DNA from: Oscillospiraceae bacterium
Lineage (GTDB): Bacteria; Bacillota; Clostridia; Oscillospirales; UBA929
Direction: 5' to 3'
Assembly (NCBI GenBank): GCA_031254195.1
Contig: JAIRUW010000060.1
Span: 1,778 to 65,777 of the forward strand
DNA length: 64,000 bases
Numbering within the stretch: position 1 is the first letter of the stretch; the number at the start of each line of letters is the position of its first letter. This document shows, one piece after another, positions 45,386 to 54,827 of the stretch. Below the pieces are notes generated by a model, which saw nothing but the letters and a program-made list of their open reading frames with translations, had not been told where the DNA came from and searched no databases. Made by a program: the position numbers and the translations under genes.

Positions 45386-45571
45386 TTACCAAGAAGCCTT
45401 CCTGACTCCGGGAATCTGCCCTTTATAGGCGATCTCACGGAAACAGATGCGGCAGATGCCGTAATTGCGCAGATAGGCGTGCGGACGCCCGCAAATCTTG
45501 CAGCGGTTGTAGGCCCTTGTTGAATACTTGGGCGTTTTCTGCTGCTTGAGTACCAATGCTTTCTTAGCCAT
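45386..45571 (-). CDS. rpsN: 30S ribosomal protein S14 type Z (zinc form)
   Basis: 61 aa. CKICGRP...CRICFRE. Confidence 0.95.
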   Translation of the reverse strand: MAKKALVLKQQKTPKYSTRAYNRCKICGRPHAYLRNYGICRICFREIAYKGQIPGVRKASW

Positions 45572-45588
45572 GTTCGGGCAATCCTCCT

Positions 45589-46134
45589 TTAAGCCGTTCT
45601 CGCGAACGGGGCGCCTAACAGTGTCAGCAGTTCCAGCGCTTCCTCGTCGGTGTTGGCGGTGGTGCAGATGACGATGTCCATCCCCCTGATCTTATCAATC
45701 TTGTCGTAGACGATTTCGGGGAAGATTAGCTGCTCCCTCAGACCCAGCGCGTAGTTGCCGCGTCCGTCAAAGGCCGAGGGGTTGATGCCGCGGAAGTCAC
45801 GGACACGGGGGAGCGCCACGTTGAGCAAGCGGTCGATGAACTCCCACATGCGCGCCCCGCGCAACGTCACTTTGACGCCGACCGGCATCCCAGTGCGTAC
45901 TTTGAAGTTCGCCACCGATTTGCGGGCGCGTGTGACGACGGCCTTCTGGCCGGTGATTTGGGATATATCGCCTACCACGGCGTCCAGAATTTTGGAGTTG
46001 TCGCGCGCGTCGCCGCAGCCGACATTGATGACAATCTTGTCAAGCCGGGGTATCTGCATCACGCTTTTATATGAAAACTTTTTCATCAAAGCGGGCGCGA
46101 TCTCTTTTTGATAGCGTTCTTTCAATCGCGGCAT
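45589..46134 (-). CDS. rplE: 50S ribosomal protein L5
   Basis: Track ORF 45589-46353 trimmed to [11 protein letters not shown] (AGGAGG 9 nt upstream). The extension would read through element C. Confidence 0.9.
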   Translation of the reverse strand: MPRLKERYQKEIAPALMKKFSYKSVMQIPRLDKIVINVGCGDARDNSKILDAVVGDISQITGQKAVVTRARKSVANFKVRTGMPVGVKVTLRGARMWEFIDRLLNVALPRVRDFRGINPSAFDGRGNYALGLREQLIFPEIVYDKIDKIRGMDIVICTTANTDEEALELLTLLGAPFARTA

Positions 46135-46148
46135 GTTCATCTGCCTCC

Positions 46149-46219
46149 TGTTGCGCTCCACACGCGTCTCACGGTCAGGAGCGGAAGTGAATTCCACCTT
46201 CTGTGAGCCGATAGAGCTG
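46149..46219 (-). repeat. structured spacer element, type 1 (copy C, rplX|rplE)
   Basis: GCUCUAU-CGGCUCAC-[..GGAAUUCACUUCC..CUGACC]-GUGAGACG-CGU-GUGGAGCGCAACA. Abuts the rplE SD. Confidence 0.75.
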
Positions 46220-46223
46220 TTCG

Positions 46224-46547
46224 TTAGATCGTATCTCCGCATTTTTTGCAAACGCGGCTCTTTGTGCCGTCCTCGGCGACATAAAAGGCGCCCCTGGTCG
46301 GCTTCTGGCACTTGGGGCATACGCGCATCACTTTGGGCGCGTAGATGGGGCACTCTTTTTCGACGATGCCGCCCGGGTCGTTTCGCTTGCGGGGCTTTGT
46401 ATGCCTCTTGGACACGTTGATGCCCTCGATCAGCACCTTGTTTTCCTTCGGGTAGGTGTGGAGGACCTTGCCCTTTCTGCCCTTGTCCTTGCCGGACAGG
46501 ACGATGACGATATCGTCTTTACGGACGGATAAGCTGTTCATGGTCAA
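46224..46547 (-). CDS. rplX: 50S ribosomal protein L24
   Basis: 107 aa. [23 protein letters not shown] KOW start plus a Cys-containing C-terminal extension. Confidence 0.9.
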   Translation of the reverse strand: MTMNSLSVRKDDIVIVLSGKDKGRKGKVLHTYPKENKVLIEGINVSKRHTKPRKRNDPGGIVEKECPIYAPKVMRVCPKCQKPTRGAFYVAEDGTKSRVCKKCGDTI

Positions 46548-46912
46548 ATTACCTCCGGGGCAAGGGATAGAATCTTCATATAGTCCTTGTCGCGCAATTC
46601 GCGGGCGACCGGGCCGAAGATGCGCGTCCCGCGCGGATTCTTGTCCTCTTTGATCAGCACGGCGGCGTTGTCGTCGAAGCGGACGTAAGAACCGTCAGGC
46701 CTGCGGATGGCGTGGGCGGTGCGTACGATGACCGCTTTGATCACGTCGCCCTTCCTCACGGCGCTGGCCGGGGCCGCCTTGCGGACGGAAGCGACGATGA
46801 CATCGCCCACACCGCCGTATTTACGGCCGGAACCGCCTAAAACGCGGATAACCTTAATTTCCTTGGCGCCGGTATTGTCGGCCACCGTCAGATATGATTC
46901 CTGTTGAACCAT
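46544..46912 (-). CDS. rplN: 50S ribosomal protein L14
   Basis: 122 aa. [18 protein letters not shown]. Confidence 0.95.
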   Translation of the reverse strand: MVQQESYLTVADNTGAKEIKVIRVLGGSGRKYGGVGDVIVASVRKAAPASAVRKGDVIKAVIVRTAHAIRRPDGSYVRFDDNAAVLIKEDKNPRGTRIFGPVARELRDKDYMKILSLAPEVI

Positions 46913-46918
46913 GAGAAA

Positions 46919-47338
46919 TCACTTCGCTTTCTCGATGATCTCGACCAATCTCCAGCGTTTTTCCTTGGAGAGCGGGCGGGTTTCCATGACCCTGACCTTG
47001 TCGCCGACGCCGCATTCGTTGTTTTGGTCGTGCGCCTTGAGCTTATAGGTGCGTTTGATGGTCTTCTTGTAAAGCGGGTGGCGTTTGTGCGCTTCAATGG
47101 CCACCACGATTGTCTTGTCCATCTTGTCGCTCACGACCACGCCGATGCGCGTCTTGCGGAAGTTGCGGCCGTCTTCGGCAGCGGGAGCGGAGCTTTCTTC
47201 TGTAATGTTTTCAACGGGGGCAGAAGCCTCTTTCGCGACGCTCTCTTGGGGAGCGGCTATTTCCTCGGCAACATCCCCAGCGGGGGCGACGGCGTCCCCG
47301 GAGACAGGCTCTTCTTGGATTTTTTTCTCTTCGCTCAT
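46919..47338 (-). CDS. rpsQ: 30S ribosomal protein S17 with about 55-aa acidic N-terminal extension
   Basis: 139 aa. The S17 core starts near [23 protein letters not shown] coupling to the rpmC stop supports the long start. Confidence 0.8.
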   Translation of the reverse strand: MSEEKKIQEEPVSGDAVAPAGDVAEEIAAPQESVAKEASAPVENITEESSAPAAEDGRNFRKTRIGVVVSDKMDKTIVVAIEAHKRHPLYKKTIKRTYKLKAHDQNNECGVGDKVRVMETRPLSKEKRWRLVEIIEKAK

Positions 47339-47541
47339 CGTCCGGCCGCCTCCTTAAGCTCGTTTTCACGGATAAGCGTCTTGACCCGCGCTATATCCCT
47401 TTTGACATCGCTGATTCTGATGGGGTTGTCGAGTTGGTTGGTGGCGTGCTGCATACGCAGATTGAAAAGGTCTTTTTTTAAGTCGTGCAGCTTGGTATCC
47501 AGCTCCCCGGGGCTGAGGTCGCGCAGTTCATTGATCTTCAT
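47335..47541 (-). CDS. rpmC: 50S ribosomal protein L29
   Basis: Track ORF trimmed to [14 protein letters not shown] (68 aa). Confidence 0.9.
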   Translation of the reverse strand: MKINELRDLSPGELDTKLHDLKKDLFNLRMQHATNQLDNPIRISDVKRDIARVKTLIRENELKEAAGR

Positions 47542-47978
47542 TCCGCCTCGCCTCCCGTCCCGGTTTGCTCCCGCGTCACAAACCTGCATTTGATTGGCAG
47601 TTTGTGCATCGCAAGGCGCAGCGCTTCGCGCGCTAAGGCCTCGTCTACACCGGCAACTTCAAACAACACACGCCCCGGTTTGACCACGGCTACCCAATAC
47701 TCGGGCGAGCCTTTACCCGAACCCATGCGGGTTTCGGCCGGCTTTGACGTTACGGGCTTGTGCGGGAAAATCTTAATCCAAACCTTTCCGCCCCTCTTCA
47801 TATGGCGGGTCATGGCGATACGGGCCGCTTCTATCTGGTTGCTGGTGATCCAGCCCGGCTCGTCTGCCATCAGGCCAAACTCGCCGTTGCTGACGAAATT
47901 GCCCCTTTGCGCTTTGCCTTTCATGCGCCCGCGCTGTACGCGGCGGAACTTTACTCTCTTGGGTAACAGCATACTCAA
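47538..47978 (-). CDS. rplP: 50S ribosomal protein L16
   Basis: 146 aa. [19 protein letters not shown]. Confidence 0.95.
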   Translation of the reverse strand: MSMLLPKRVKFRRVQRGRMKGKAQRGNFVSNGEFGLMADEPGWITSNQIEAARIAMTRHMKRGGKVWIKIFPHKPVTSKPAETRMGSGKGSPEYWVAVVKPGRVLFEVAGVDEALAREALRLAMHKLPIKCRFVTREQTGTGGEAE

Positions 47979-48850
47979 ACGCCTCCTTCACGGCGGGGAG
48001 GGCCTCCGGGACGCTGCCCCTGTCCTCCTGGCCTCGGACCTCCGGGCCCGCCGCCCGGCCTTGGGCCGCCAAAGCCTCCGCCCGGTCTGCCGCCCGGCCT
48101 CCCGGGTCCGCCGGGGCGCCCTCCGTCGCGGCGGTCGCCTCTGTCGCGCCTGTCGCGGCGGTCACGCCTGTCGTCACGGATGCGGGGGGTCTCGATGGTA
48201 CGCGGCCCCATGCGGTTGCCCGCGGTGAGAACCTCGCCCTTATAAATCCATACTTTCACGCCAATGCGCCCGTAGGTGGTGTGCGCTTCGGCAAAACCGT
48301 AGTCAATGTCGGCGCGCAGGGTTTGCAGGGGAATGGTGCCCTCATGGTAATGCTCGTTGCGCGCGATTTCCGCGCCGCCCAAACGACCCGATACAGCCGT
48401 TTTGATGCCTCTCGCCCCAGCCCGCATCGAACGCATCATGGCCTGCTTCATCGCGCGGCGGAAGCTGATCCGCTTCTCCAGTTGCTGCGCGATATTTTCG
48501 GCGACAAGCTGGGCGTTGAGGTCGGGCTGTTTGACTTCGACGATGTTCAGCGCCACCGGCTTTTTCACCATCTTCTCGATCTCGGCCCGCAACTTTTCTA
48601 TGTCTTGCCCGCCGCGTCCGATGACCATGCCGGGCTTGGCGCAGTGCAGGAAAACGCGGACGCGGGCGCTGTCGCGCTCAATTTCGATGCGCGGCACCCC
48701 GGCGTTATGGAGCTTTTTCTTCAAAAACTCGCGAACGCGGTAATCCTCCACGATCAAGTCGCCGACCTTGTCCGGCCTCGCATACCAGCGGGAGTCCCAG
48801 CCCTTGATGACGCCTACGCGCAGCCCGTGCGGATTGACTTTCTGTCCCAT
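47975..48850 (-). CDS. rpsC: 30S ribosomal protein S3 with about 70-aa Arg/Gly/Pro-rich C-terminal tail
   Basis: 291 aa. [13 protein letters not shown] start. Tail [29 protein letters not shown]... Confidence 0.9.
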   Translation of the reverse strand: MGQKVNPHGLRVGVIKGWDSRWYARPDKVGDLIVEDYRVREFLKKKLHNAGVPRIEIERDSARVRVFLHCAKPGMVIGRGGQDIEKLRAEIEKMVKKPVALNIVEVKQPDLNAQLVAENIAQQLEKRISFRRAMKQAMMRSMRAGARGIKTAVSGRLGGAEIARNEHYHEGTIPLQTLRADIDYGFAEAHTTYGRIGVKVWIYKGEVLTAGNRMGPRTIETPRIRDDRRDRRDRRDRGDRRDGGRPGGPGRPGGRPGGGFGGPRPGGGPGGPRPGGQGQRPGGPPRREGGV

Positions 48851-48864
48851 AGGTCGCCGCCTCC

Positions 48865-49218
48865 TTAGCTTTCTTCCCCGCTGCGCTCGGCAACGGTGAC
48901 GGTGATGTGGCTGGTGCGCTTGAGGATACGGTAGCCGCGGCCTTTGGCGCGGGCGTGCATCCGCTTGAGAGTCGGCCCGGGGCCGATCAGCACTTGGGAA
49001 ACATACAGCCCGTCGCGGTCGAGGTCATACTTGCTCTCGGCGTTGGCGCAGGCGCTGTCCAAGACCTTAATCAGCAGCTCCGACGCCGCCTTGGGGGTAT
49101 GCAGAAGGATGGCGCGGGCTTTTTTGACGTCCTTGCCCCGAATCAGCTCGCCCACGATCGAAACCTTGCGCGGCGAGATGCGGGCATATTTGTGGTGCGC
49201 TGTCGCTTGCATAGTCAA
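48865..49218 (-). CDS. rplV: 50S ribosomal protein L22
   Basis: 117 aa. [18 protein letters not shown]. Confidence 0.9.
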   Translation of the reverse strand: MTMQATAHHKYARISPRKVSIVGELIRGKDVKKARAILLHTPKAASELLIKVLDSACANAESKYDLDRDGLYVSQVLIGPGPTLKRMHARAKGRGYRILKRTSHITVTVAERSGEES

Positions 49219-49227
49219 CTACCTCCG

Positions 49228-49300
49228 TGTCAAGCCTCGCAACGCCCGCCGGGCGGTGTCGGAAGTGAAATCCGTCACCTGGCGGCCTGCTCGGTTCTTC
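49228..49300 (-). repeat. structured spacer element, type 2 (copy D, rpsS|rplV)
   Basis: GAAGAACCGAGC..GCCGCC..AGGUGACGGAUUUCACUUCCGACACCGCCCGGCGGGCGUUGCGAGGCUUGACA. Ends 1 nt before the rplV SD. Confidence 0.75.
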
Positions 49301-49302
49301 AT

Positions 49303-49578
49303 TTATCTCCCGCTCGTCTTGCTTCCGGCATGGCCCCGGAAGGTGCGCGTCGGGGCAAATTCGCCCAGCTTATGCCCGACCATGTCTTCGGTGATATAGA
49401 CGGGTACGTGCTTGCGCCCGTCATGGACGGCGAAGGTGTGCCCCACAAAATCGGGGAAGACGGTGGAGGCGCGGCTCCATGTCTTCAGAACCTTCTTCTC
49501 GTTCTTCTTGTTCAGCTCATCCACGCGTTTCAAGAGCTCGGGGGCCGCGAACGGGCCTTTTTTAACGCTTCTGCTCAT
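49303..49578 (-). CDS. rpsS: 30S ribosomal protein S19
   Basis: 91 aa. [10 protein letters not shown]. Confidence 0.95.
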   Translation of the reverse strand: MSRSVKKGPFAAPELLKRVDELNKKNEKKVLKTWSRASTVFPDFVGHTFAVHDGRKHVPVYITEDMVGHKLGEFAPTRTFRGHAGSKTSGR

Positions 49579-49597
49579 TGTTGGAAATCACCCTCCA

Positions 49598-49664
49598 TGT
49601 CAAGCTCCGCTGCATCCACGGACGGTCGGATACTGTATCCTCCCTGCGGATGCGCTCCGCTCTT
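49598..49664 (-). repeat. structured spacer element, type 2 (copy E, rplB|rpsS)
   Basis: GAAGAGCGGAGC-GCAUCCGC-[AGGGAGGAUACAGUAUCC..]-GUGGAUGC-AGCGGAGCUUGACA. Ends 1 nt before the rpsS SD. Confidence 0.7.
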
Positions 49665-50498
49665 CTATTTCACGTTTCTGCGCTTGACGATCAATTTATC
49701 GGTGCGGTGCTTCTTCTTGCGGGTCTTGTATCCCAGCGTCGGCTTGCCCCACGGCGTGACCGGTCCTGGGCGCCCAATCGGGCTTTTGCCCTCGCCGCCG
49801 CCGTGCGGGTGATCGCAGGGGTTCATGACAGAGCCGCGTACCGTGGGCCGGACGCCCATATGGCGCTTACGCCCCGCCTTGCCGATTTGGATGTTCTCAT
49901 GGTCGAGGTTGCCGATCTGGCCGATGGTGGCCTTGCAGTCCTGGCGCACAATGCGCACCTCGCCTGAGGGGAGCCTGATTTGCGCCGTCACACCCTCTTT
50001 GGCCATCAGCTGAGCCGACGCCCCGGCGCTGCGCGCCATCTGAGCCCCGCGCCCGGGGTAAAGTTCAATGTTGTGGATGACGGTGCCCAGCGGGATGTTC
50101 GCGATCGGCAGGCAGTTGCCCGGACGGATGTCCGCGCCTGTGCCCGATACAACGGTGTCGCCGTCTTTGAGGCCGGCCGGGGCGATGATGTAGCGCTTCT
50201 CGCCGTCTTCATACTGCACCAAAGCGATATTGGCGCTGCGGTTGGGGTCGTATTCTATGCCGATTACCTTGGCGGGCATATCAATTTTATCGCGCTTAAA
50301 GTCGATCTTGCGGTATTTGCGCTTCTCGCCGCCGCCGTGGTGGCGGACGGTGATGCGGCCGCTGTTGTTGCGGCCCGCCGTCTTTTTGATCGGCTCCAGC
50401 AGGGATTTTTCCGGTGTCTTCTTGGTGATTTCGGAAAAATCGCTGACGGTCATGTGCCGCCTGGACGGCGTGGTGGGGCGGTACTGTTTGATTCCCAT
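49665..50498 (-). CDS. rplB: 50S ribosomal protein L2
   Basis: 277 aa. [14 protein letters not shown]...HPHGGGEG. Confidence 0.95.
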   Translation of the reverse strand: MGIKQYRPTTPSRRHMTVSDFSEITKKTPEKSLLEPIKKTAGRNNSGRITVRHHGGGEKRKYRKIDFKRDKIDMPAKVIGIEYDPNRSANIALVQYEDGEKRYIIAPAGLKDGDTVVSGTGADIRPGNCLPIANIPLGTVIHNIELYPGRGAQMARSAGASAQLMAKEGVTAQIRLPSGEVRIVRQDCKATIGQIGNLDHENIQIGKAGRKRHMGVRPTVRGSVMNPCDHPHGGGEGKSPIGRPGPVTPWGKPTLGYKTRKKKHRTDKLIVKRRNVK

Positions 50499-50501
50499 AG
50501 C

Positions 50502-50795
50502 TTACACCATCCCCTCAAAGAACTCGATAGGCTTGCTCGTTTCGGCCAGACGGACGATGGCCTTCTTGCGGGCCGCGCGGCGCCCGATATGCACGCCCAT
50601 CCGTTTGACTTTGCCCTGTGTGTTCATCGTGTTGACAGATTTCACGTCGACGTTGAAAATCGCTTCCACGGCTTCGCGGATCTCAATTTTGTTGGCGTCG
50701 CGCGCCACTTCAAAAGTGTAAATCTTTTCGCCCGCTTTTTCCATCGAACGCTCGGTGATGACCGGGCGCAAAATGATGTCATAAGGTGCCTTCAT
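50502..50795 (-). CDS. rplW: 50S ribosomal protein L23
   Basis: 97 aa. Canonical position between rplD and rplB. Confidence 0.9.
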   Translation of the reverse strand: MKAPYDIILRPVITERSMEKAGEKIYTFEVARDANKIEIREAVEAIFNVDVKSVNTMNTQGKVKRMGVHIGRRAARKKAIVRLAETSKPIEFFEGMV

Positions 50796-51418
50796 CTCGC
50801 GAACACCTCCTCGATCGTTCCCAGCGCGGCTTTATCGATAATCAGCGTTCCGGCGCTGACAATGTCGTAAACGCTCATCACGCTGGCAAACGTCGTCTTG
50901 ACGCCCTGAAGATTGCGGGCCGACTTGACGATGTTTTCGCGTACGTCCTTGGTAACGACATAGCTCTTGCCCTCCACGCCCAGCGCGGCCAAAAAGCCCA
51001 CGAACGCTTTGGTCTTAATCTCAGGCATGTCTAGGCCGTCGATAATCAGCACTTTGTTGTCGGCCGCCTTCTGAGACAGCGCGCTGCGCATCGCCAGACG
51101 GCGAATCTTTTTGTTGACGCTCATCGTATAATCGCGCGGCTTGGGGGCAAACGCTACGCCGCCGTGCGTCCATTGCGGGGCGCGGGTGCTGCCCTGACGG
51201 GCGCGGCCGGTTCCCTTCTGGCGGTACGGCTTGGCGCCGCCGCCCGAAACCTCGGCGCGGGTGAGCGCGGACTGTGTGCCCTGGCGGCAGGCGGCAAGAT
51301 GCGCCTTGACCACCGAATGGACGGAAGCCGCCGACGGCGCGATCCCAAAGACCGCTTCCGAAAGCTCCACTTCGCCCGTTTCGTTGCCGGACATATCATA
51401 TACCTTAGCTTTTGGCAT
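50792..51418 (-). CDS. rplD: 50S ribosomal protein L4
   Basis: 208 aa. [15 protein letters not shown]. Confidence 0.95.
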   Translation of the reverse strand: MPKAKVYDMSGNETGEVELSEAVFGIAPSAASVHSVVKAHLAACRQGTQSALTRAEVSGGGAKPYRQKGTGRARQGSTRAPQWTHGGVAFAPKPRDYTMSVNKKIRRLAMRSALSQKAADNKVLIIDGLDMPEIKTKAFVGFLAALGVEGKSYVVTKDVRENIVKSARNLQGVKTTFASVMSVYDIVSAGTLIIDKAALGTIEEVFAR

Positions 51419-51433
51419 GTCGGTCGCCTCCTA

Positions 51434-52063
51434 TTACGCGTTTTTGACAGAATTTCTGATATAGACCAAACCTCCGCGGGGACCGGGGACCGCGCCCCTG
51501 ACCGCTATGATGCCTAACTCCGCGTCGGTTTTGACGACATCGAGGTTGAGTACGGTGACCTGCTCGCTGCCCATATGCCCTGCCATCTTCTTTCCTGGGA
51601 AAACACGGCTGGGATCGGAGCCCGAACCTGTGGAGCCTAAGTGGCGGTGAACGGGGCCGCCGCCGTGGGACATCGCCTTGCGGCCATATCCATGGCGTTT
51701 GATGACGCCCGCGTAGCCCTTGCCCTTGGAGACTCCGGTGACGTCCACGCGGTCGCCCGCTTCAAACGCGGCGGCTTCAATGACGTCGCCCGTCTTATAC
51801 TCGCCTTCCAGATCAAACTCCTTGAGATACTTTTTCAGCGGCACGCCGGCCTTCTCAAAGTGCCCGCGCTCGCTCTTGGTCAGCTTGCGTTCGGCAACAT
51901 CCTCAAACCCGAGCTGGACCGCCGTGTACCCGTCGCGCTCCGGCGTCCTGATCTGTGTGACCGTACACGGCCCCGCCTGTATGATGGTGACGGGGATGAC
52001 GCGCCCGGCTTCGTCGAATATTTGCGTCATGCCGACCTTCTTGCCGATGATGGCCTTTTGCAT
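51434..52063 (-). CDS. rplC: 50S ribosomal protein L3
   Basis: 209 aa. GKKVGMTQIFDE...GKGYAGVIKRHG. Confidence 0.95.
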   Translation of the reverse strand: MQKAIIGKKVGMTQIFDEAGRVIPVTIIQAGPCTVTQIRTPERDGYTAVQLGFEDVAERKLTKSERGHFEKAGVPLKKYLKEFDLEGEYKTGDVIEAAAFEAGDRVDVTGVSKGKGYAGVIKRHGYGRKAMSHGGGPVHRHLGSTGSGSDPSRVFPGKKMAGHMGSEQVTVLNLDVVKTDAELGIIAVRGAVPGPRGGLVYIRNSVKNA

Positions 52064-52121
52064 ATTATCGCCTCCTAATTATTGGTTGGCCAGTGGCCAA
52101 CATGATTTGGAGCTTTTTGCT

Positions 52122-52457
52122 TTACAGCTTGATCTCTATTTCAACGCCCGCGGGCAAATCGAGACTCATCAGCGCTTCCACCGTCTTTTGGCTGGGCTTG
52201 ATGATGTCGATTAGCCGCTTGTGCGTCCGGCGCTCAAACTGTTCGCGGCTGTCCTTATATTTATGGACGGCGCGCAGGATGGTGATAATCTCCTTGTGCG
52301 TGGGGAGGGGGATGGGGCCGGATACGCGCGCCCCGTTGCGTTTGGCCGTCTCGACGATGCGCTCCGCGCTCTGGTCGATCAGCTGATGGTCATAGGCCTT
52401 GAGGCGGATGCGGATTTTTTCCTTTACTCTTGGGGCTTGCGCCGCAGTGGCTGCCAT
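52122..52457 (-). CDS. rpsJ: 30S ribosomal protein S10
   Basis: Track ORF 52122-52709 trimmed to [23 protein letters not shown] behind a TAAGGAGGA RBS. Confidence 0.9.
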   Translation of the reverse strand: MAATAAQAPRVKEKIRIRLKAYDHQLIDQSAERIVETAKRNGARVSGPIPLPTHKEIITILRAVHKYKDSREQFERRTHKRLIDIIKPSQKTVEALMSLDLPAGVEIEIKL

Positions 52458-52552
52458 AATAGGTTTCCTCCTTATCGCCCAGCATACGCTCGGCGTAGTA
52501 GGCACCGGGATAAAGTTCTGTATTCCCCGCCGTGTGTGTCGCGGAAATCCCG

Positions 52553-52575
52553 CGAAAAAAGCCGCGCTGCGGCTT
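52553..52575 (-). terminator. intrinsic terminator-like hairpin inside the S10 operon leader (candidate attenuator)
   Basis: mRNA AGCCGC-AGC-GCGGCU followed by UUUUUU, about 95 nt upstream of the rpsJ AUG. Confidence 0.5.
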
Positions 52576-52680
52576 TGGCGGCAAAACAGCCATTCCCCGA
52601 ACCGCCCGATTGTCGGACATACTCCGCCGAAGTTACCAGCAACGCTGCAATCTCCGGCATCATCGCAAAGACGCTTGAGT

Positions 52681-52709
52681 AGTTTATCGCATGGGTTTTC
52701 ATTTGTCAA
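52681..52709 (-). promoter_or_regulatory. S10 operon promoter (TTGACA-17-TAAACT)
   Basis: Consensus -35. Gives a leader of about 215 nt. Confidence 0.5.
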
Positions 52710-52740
52710 GGGTTTTTTGAAGAAAATTTTTTGAAAAATA

Positions 52741-52780
52741 AAAAGGCCGATTCACTCACAAAAGAGGAACCGGCCTTTTT
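52741..52780. terminator. bidirectional-looking terminator downstream of zinc-ribbon membrane gene
   Basis: AAAAGGCCG-N-CGGCCTTTTT hairpin flanked by an A-run and a T-run. Confidence 0.6.
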
Positions 52781-52898
52781 GGCTTTGGTCACCAGGCAAC
52801 CAAGATTAGGAGGGCTCCGCCCCGTCCTTGTGGTTGTCCGGGTGTTTCGGCGTTTTCTTGCATTCTTAAAAGTTTGGGTTTTTAGGAGGTAGGCTCGA

Positions 52899-53819
52899 TT
52901 AACTCACATTGCTCCCACGATTATTTTTTAGGCTGTTGTTAAATTGGTTAAGAACAATAATGCAAATAACTGTGCCTGCACTTGCTACGAGCGAAAAGAA
53001 TACATAAAATGTCGCTGTAGACCCAGACCCTCCCATTAACAACGGTCTAATAATATTGCCTATATCTGAAGGCAAGCTCCATAAAGCCTCATTTATAGCT
53101 CTAAAAGACGCAGCTGTCATCAGCCCATTTAAGACAGAGAAGCCAATCCCGATATAACTTAGAATCGAGAAAACCGATATGTCAGGAATTGCGTCGAATG
53201 TGTTTCTTTCAATTCCATTTCTAATCCCTCCTACAACCTTTAATGTTGCTCGGAAATAGATTATCGAGAACGTAACAATACCACCAGTGATAAGTAAACC
53301 CACAAAGCCAATCCCGGCCAAAACACCTTGGCCTGACGAATAATAACTGTTGCCTACTTCTCCTGCGACATAAAATAAAGCTATAGACGCGATAAGGCAA
53401 AGCAACGCATACAAACACATAATCACAAGGTTTATAATGACATAAACCTTAAACAATGTAAGAGCAGGCAATGTTTTTTCGGGCATTGCAGGCGTTTTTG
53501 ATGCAGCGAATATTAACCAGAATCCCGTTATTGGCAATGCCAAGAGCATCAAATTGAAAATATTTTGAATATTGAAATTCATAAACGCAGAAAATAAATG
53601 TCCTGCCGAAAACAAGATGATTCCTACCAGAAACAGAACGGAACCACCAAAACCGTGTATTTTCTCAGTGTAACTGCTGGGAGCATAATGAGTAACGATC
53701 GCTTTTTGTAGATTATTGTGTCCACCACTAGTAGGCTGTTGATTTGTTGATTTCCCGCAATGCGGACAAAACGCGGTCTGTAGTGTTAATTCTTTGCCGC
53801 AATGAGCACAGAAGCTCAT
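52899..53819 (-). CDS. zinc-ribbon N-terminus + multi-TM membrane protein, unknown function
   Basis: 306 aa. CAHCGKx12CPHCG, then about 6 TM segments. Markedly AT-rich relative to its neighbours. Confidence 0.55.
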   Translation of the reverse strand: MSFCAHCGKELTLQTAFCPHCGKSTNQQPTSGGHNNLQKAIVTHYAPSSYTEKIHGFGGSVLFLVGIILFSAGHLFSAFMNFNIQNIFNLMLLALPITGFWLIFAASKTPAMPEKTLPALTLFKVYVIINLVIMCLYALLCLIASIALFYVAGEVGNSYYSSGQGVLAGIGFVGLLITGGIVTFSIIYFRATLKVVGGIRNGIERNTFDAIPDISVFSILSYIGIGFSVLNGLMTAASFRAINEALWSLPSDIGNIIRPLLMGGSGSTATFYVFFSLVASAGTVICIIVLNQFNNSLKNNRGSNVS

Positions 53820-53969
53820 TTTGTTCTACCTCCTTATTTGGTCATTTTGATATGGCACACAATAATAATGAGTTCATCAATGGTAAAATATTAACATGAA
53901 CCGCCCATCTGCGTCAAGCAATTTTTACAAAGTCCGGCAAATTTCACCCAAAACTGCCTCGGGCAGGGC

Positions 53970-53998
53970 TTGCAAATTCCACAAGTTACTGCTATACT
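53970..53998 (+). promoter_or_regulatory. promoter of hydrogenase cluster (TTGCAA-17-TATACT)
   Basis: Consensus-like hexamers 50 nt upstream of the first DRTGG gene. Confidence 0.5.
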
Positions 53999-54048
53999 GC
54001 ATAAAGGAAAATTCGATACCTTAAGATAAGGAAAGGCTGGCGGTACAT

Positions 54049-54396
54049 ATGACAATCAGAGACATCAGGGAGCTGTTGGGGGCACAAGTGCTATGCGGCG
54101 AAGATAATATGGATCAGGTCGTTTTGTCCGCCTGCGGGTCGGATCTGATGAGCGACGTGCTGGCCTATGTCAAGGAGCAGTCGGTCCTGCTGACCGGGCT
54201 TGTCAACCCACAGGTCATGCGCACCGCCGAGATGATGGACATGCGCTGCATCGTCTTCGTGCGCGGCAAAAAACCGGACGGCGCGATGCTGGATCTGGCC
54301 GACAGCCACGGCATGGTGGTCATGAACACGCCGCTGCGTATGTACACCGCCTGCGGGCGCTTGTACGCGGGCGGCCTCAAGGGAGAGGATGCTTAA
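54049..54396 (+). CDS. DRTGG-domain protein
   Basis: 115 aa. VLLTGLVNPQV (DRTGG-like) core. The same family recurs at 56137. Confidence 0.6.
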   Translation: MTIRDIRELLGAQVLCGEDNMDQVVLSACGSDLMSDVLAYVKEQSVLLTGLVNPQVMRTAEMMDMRCIVFVRGKKPDGAMLDLADSHGMVVMNTPLRMYTACGRLYAGGLKGEDA

Positions 54397-54827
54397 TGTC
54401 GCAGGGCAGCGGTTTCATAACAGAGCGGTATATCGTCAATGGCGATGATTTCCACGCGGCCGGGAGCGCGTCAAGCGCCATGAAGAAGCTGCTGCGCAGC
54501 ATCGGCGTACCGCCCGAAGCCATCCGCCGCGCCGCCATCTGCATGTATGAGGGCGAGATCAACATGGTCATTCACGCCTGCGGCGGTGAGGCCGAGGTGA
54601 GTTTTGACGGAGAATATATTACCATCCATCTGGCAGACAAAGGCCCCGGCATCGAAAACCCCCAGCTCGCCCTAAAAGAGGGTTACTCAACCGCCACCGA
54701 CGAGATCCGGGAGCTTGGGTTCGGCGCGGGGATGGGACTGCCCAATATGAAGCGGAATTCCGACGAATTGGAGATGGAGAGCGTCCTCGGCGAAGGGACG
54801 ACGATAGTGATGAAAATAAAGGTGTGA
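54396..54827 (+). CDS. HATPase_c-type ATP-binding protein (anti-sigma-factor-like Ser/Thr kinase)
   Basis: 143 aa. DKGPGI ... GFGAGMGL G-box motifs. Confidence 0.65.
   Translation: MSQGSGFITERYIVNGDDFHAAGSASSAMKKLLRSIGVPPEAIRRAAICMYEGEINMVIHACGGEAEVSFDGEYITIHLADKGPGIENPQLALKEGYSTATDEIRELGFGAGMGLPNMKRNSDELEMESVLGEGTTIVMKIKV

Noticed and set aside
46135-46353. N-terminal extension of rplE ORF (track 45589-46353)
   Set aside because: It reads through spacer element C and the 3' end of rplX. The L5 core begins at MPRLKERY, which has an AGGAGG RBS.
47978-48193. GC-rich imperfect repeats considered as a non-coding tandem repeat/VNTR
   Set aside because: They lie in frame inside rpsC and are bracketed by the overlapping rplP start. 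They are treated as a coding low-complexity tail.
39144-49664. Spacer elements considered as a CRISPR array or as individual known r-protein autoregulatory leaders (S8, S4, L4 sites)
   Set aside because: The elements are not regularly spaced and there are no cas genes. The same element recurs before unrelated genes (cheV, the T-box unit), which argues against protein-specific r-protein operators.
52458-52709. N-terminal extension of rpsJ ORF (track 52122-52709)
   Set aside because: S10 homology starts at [19 protein letters not shown], which has a strong RBS. The extension covers the leader and the promoter.
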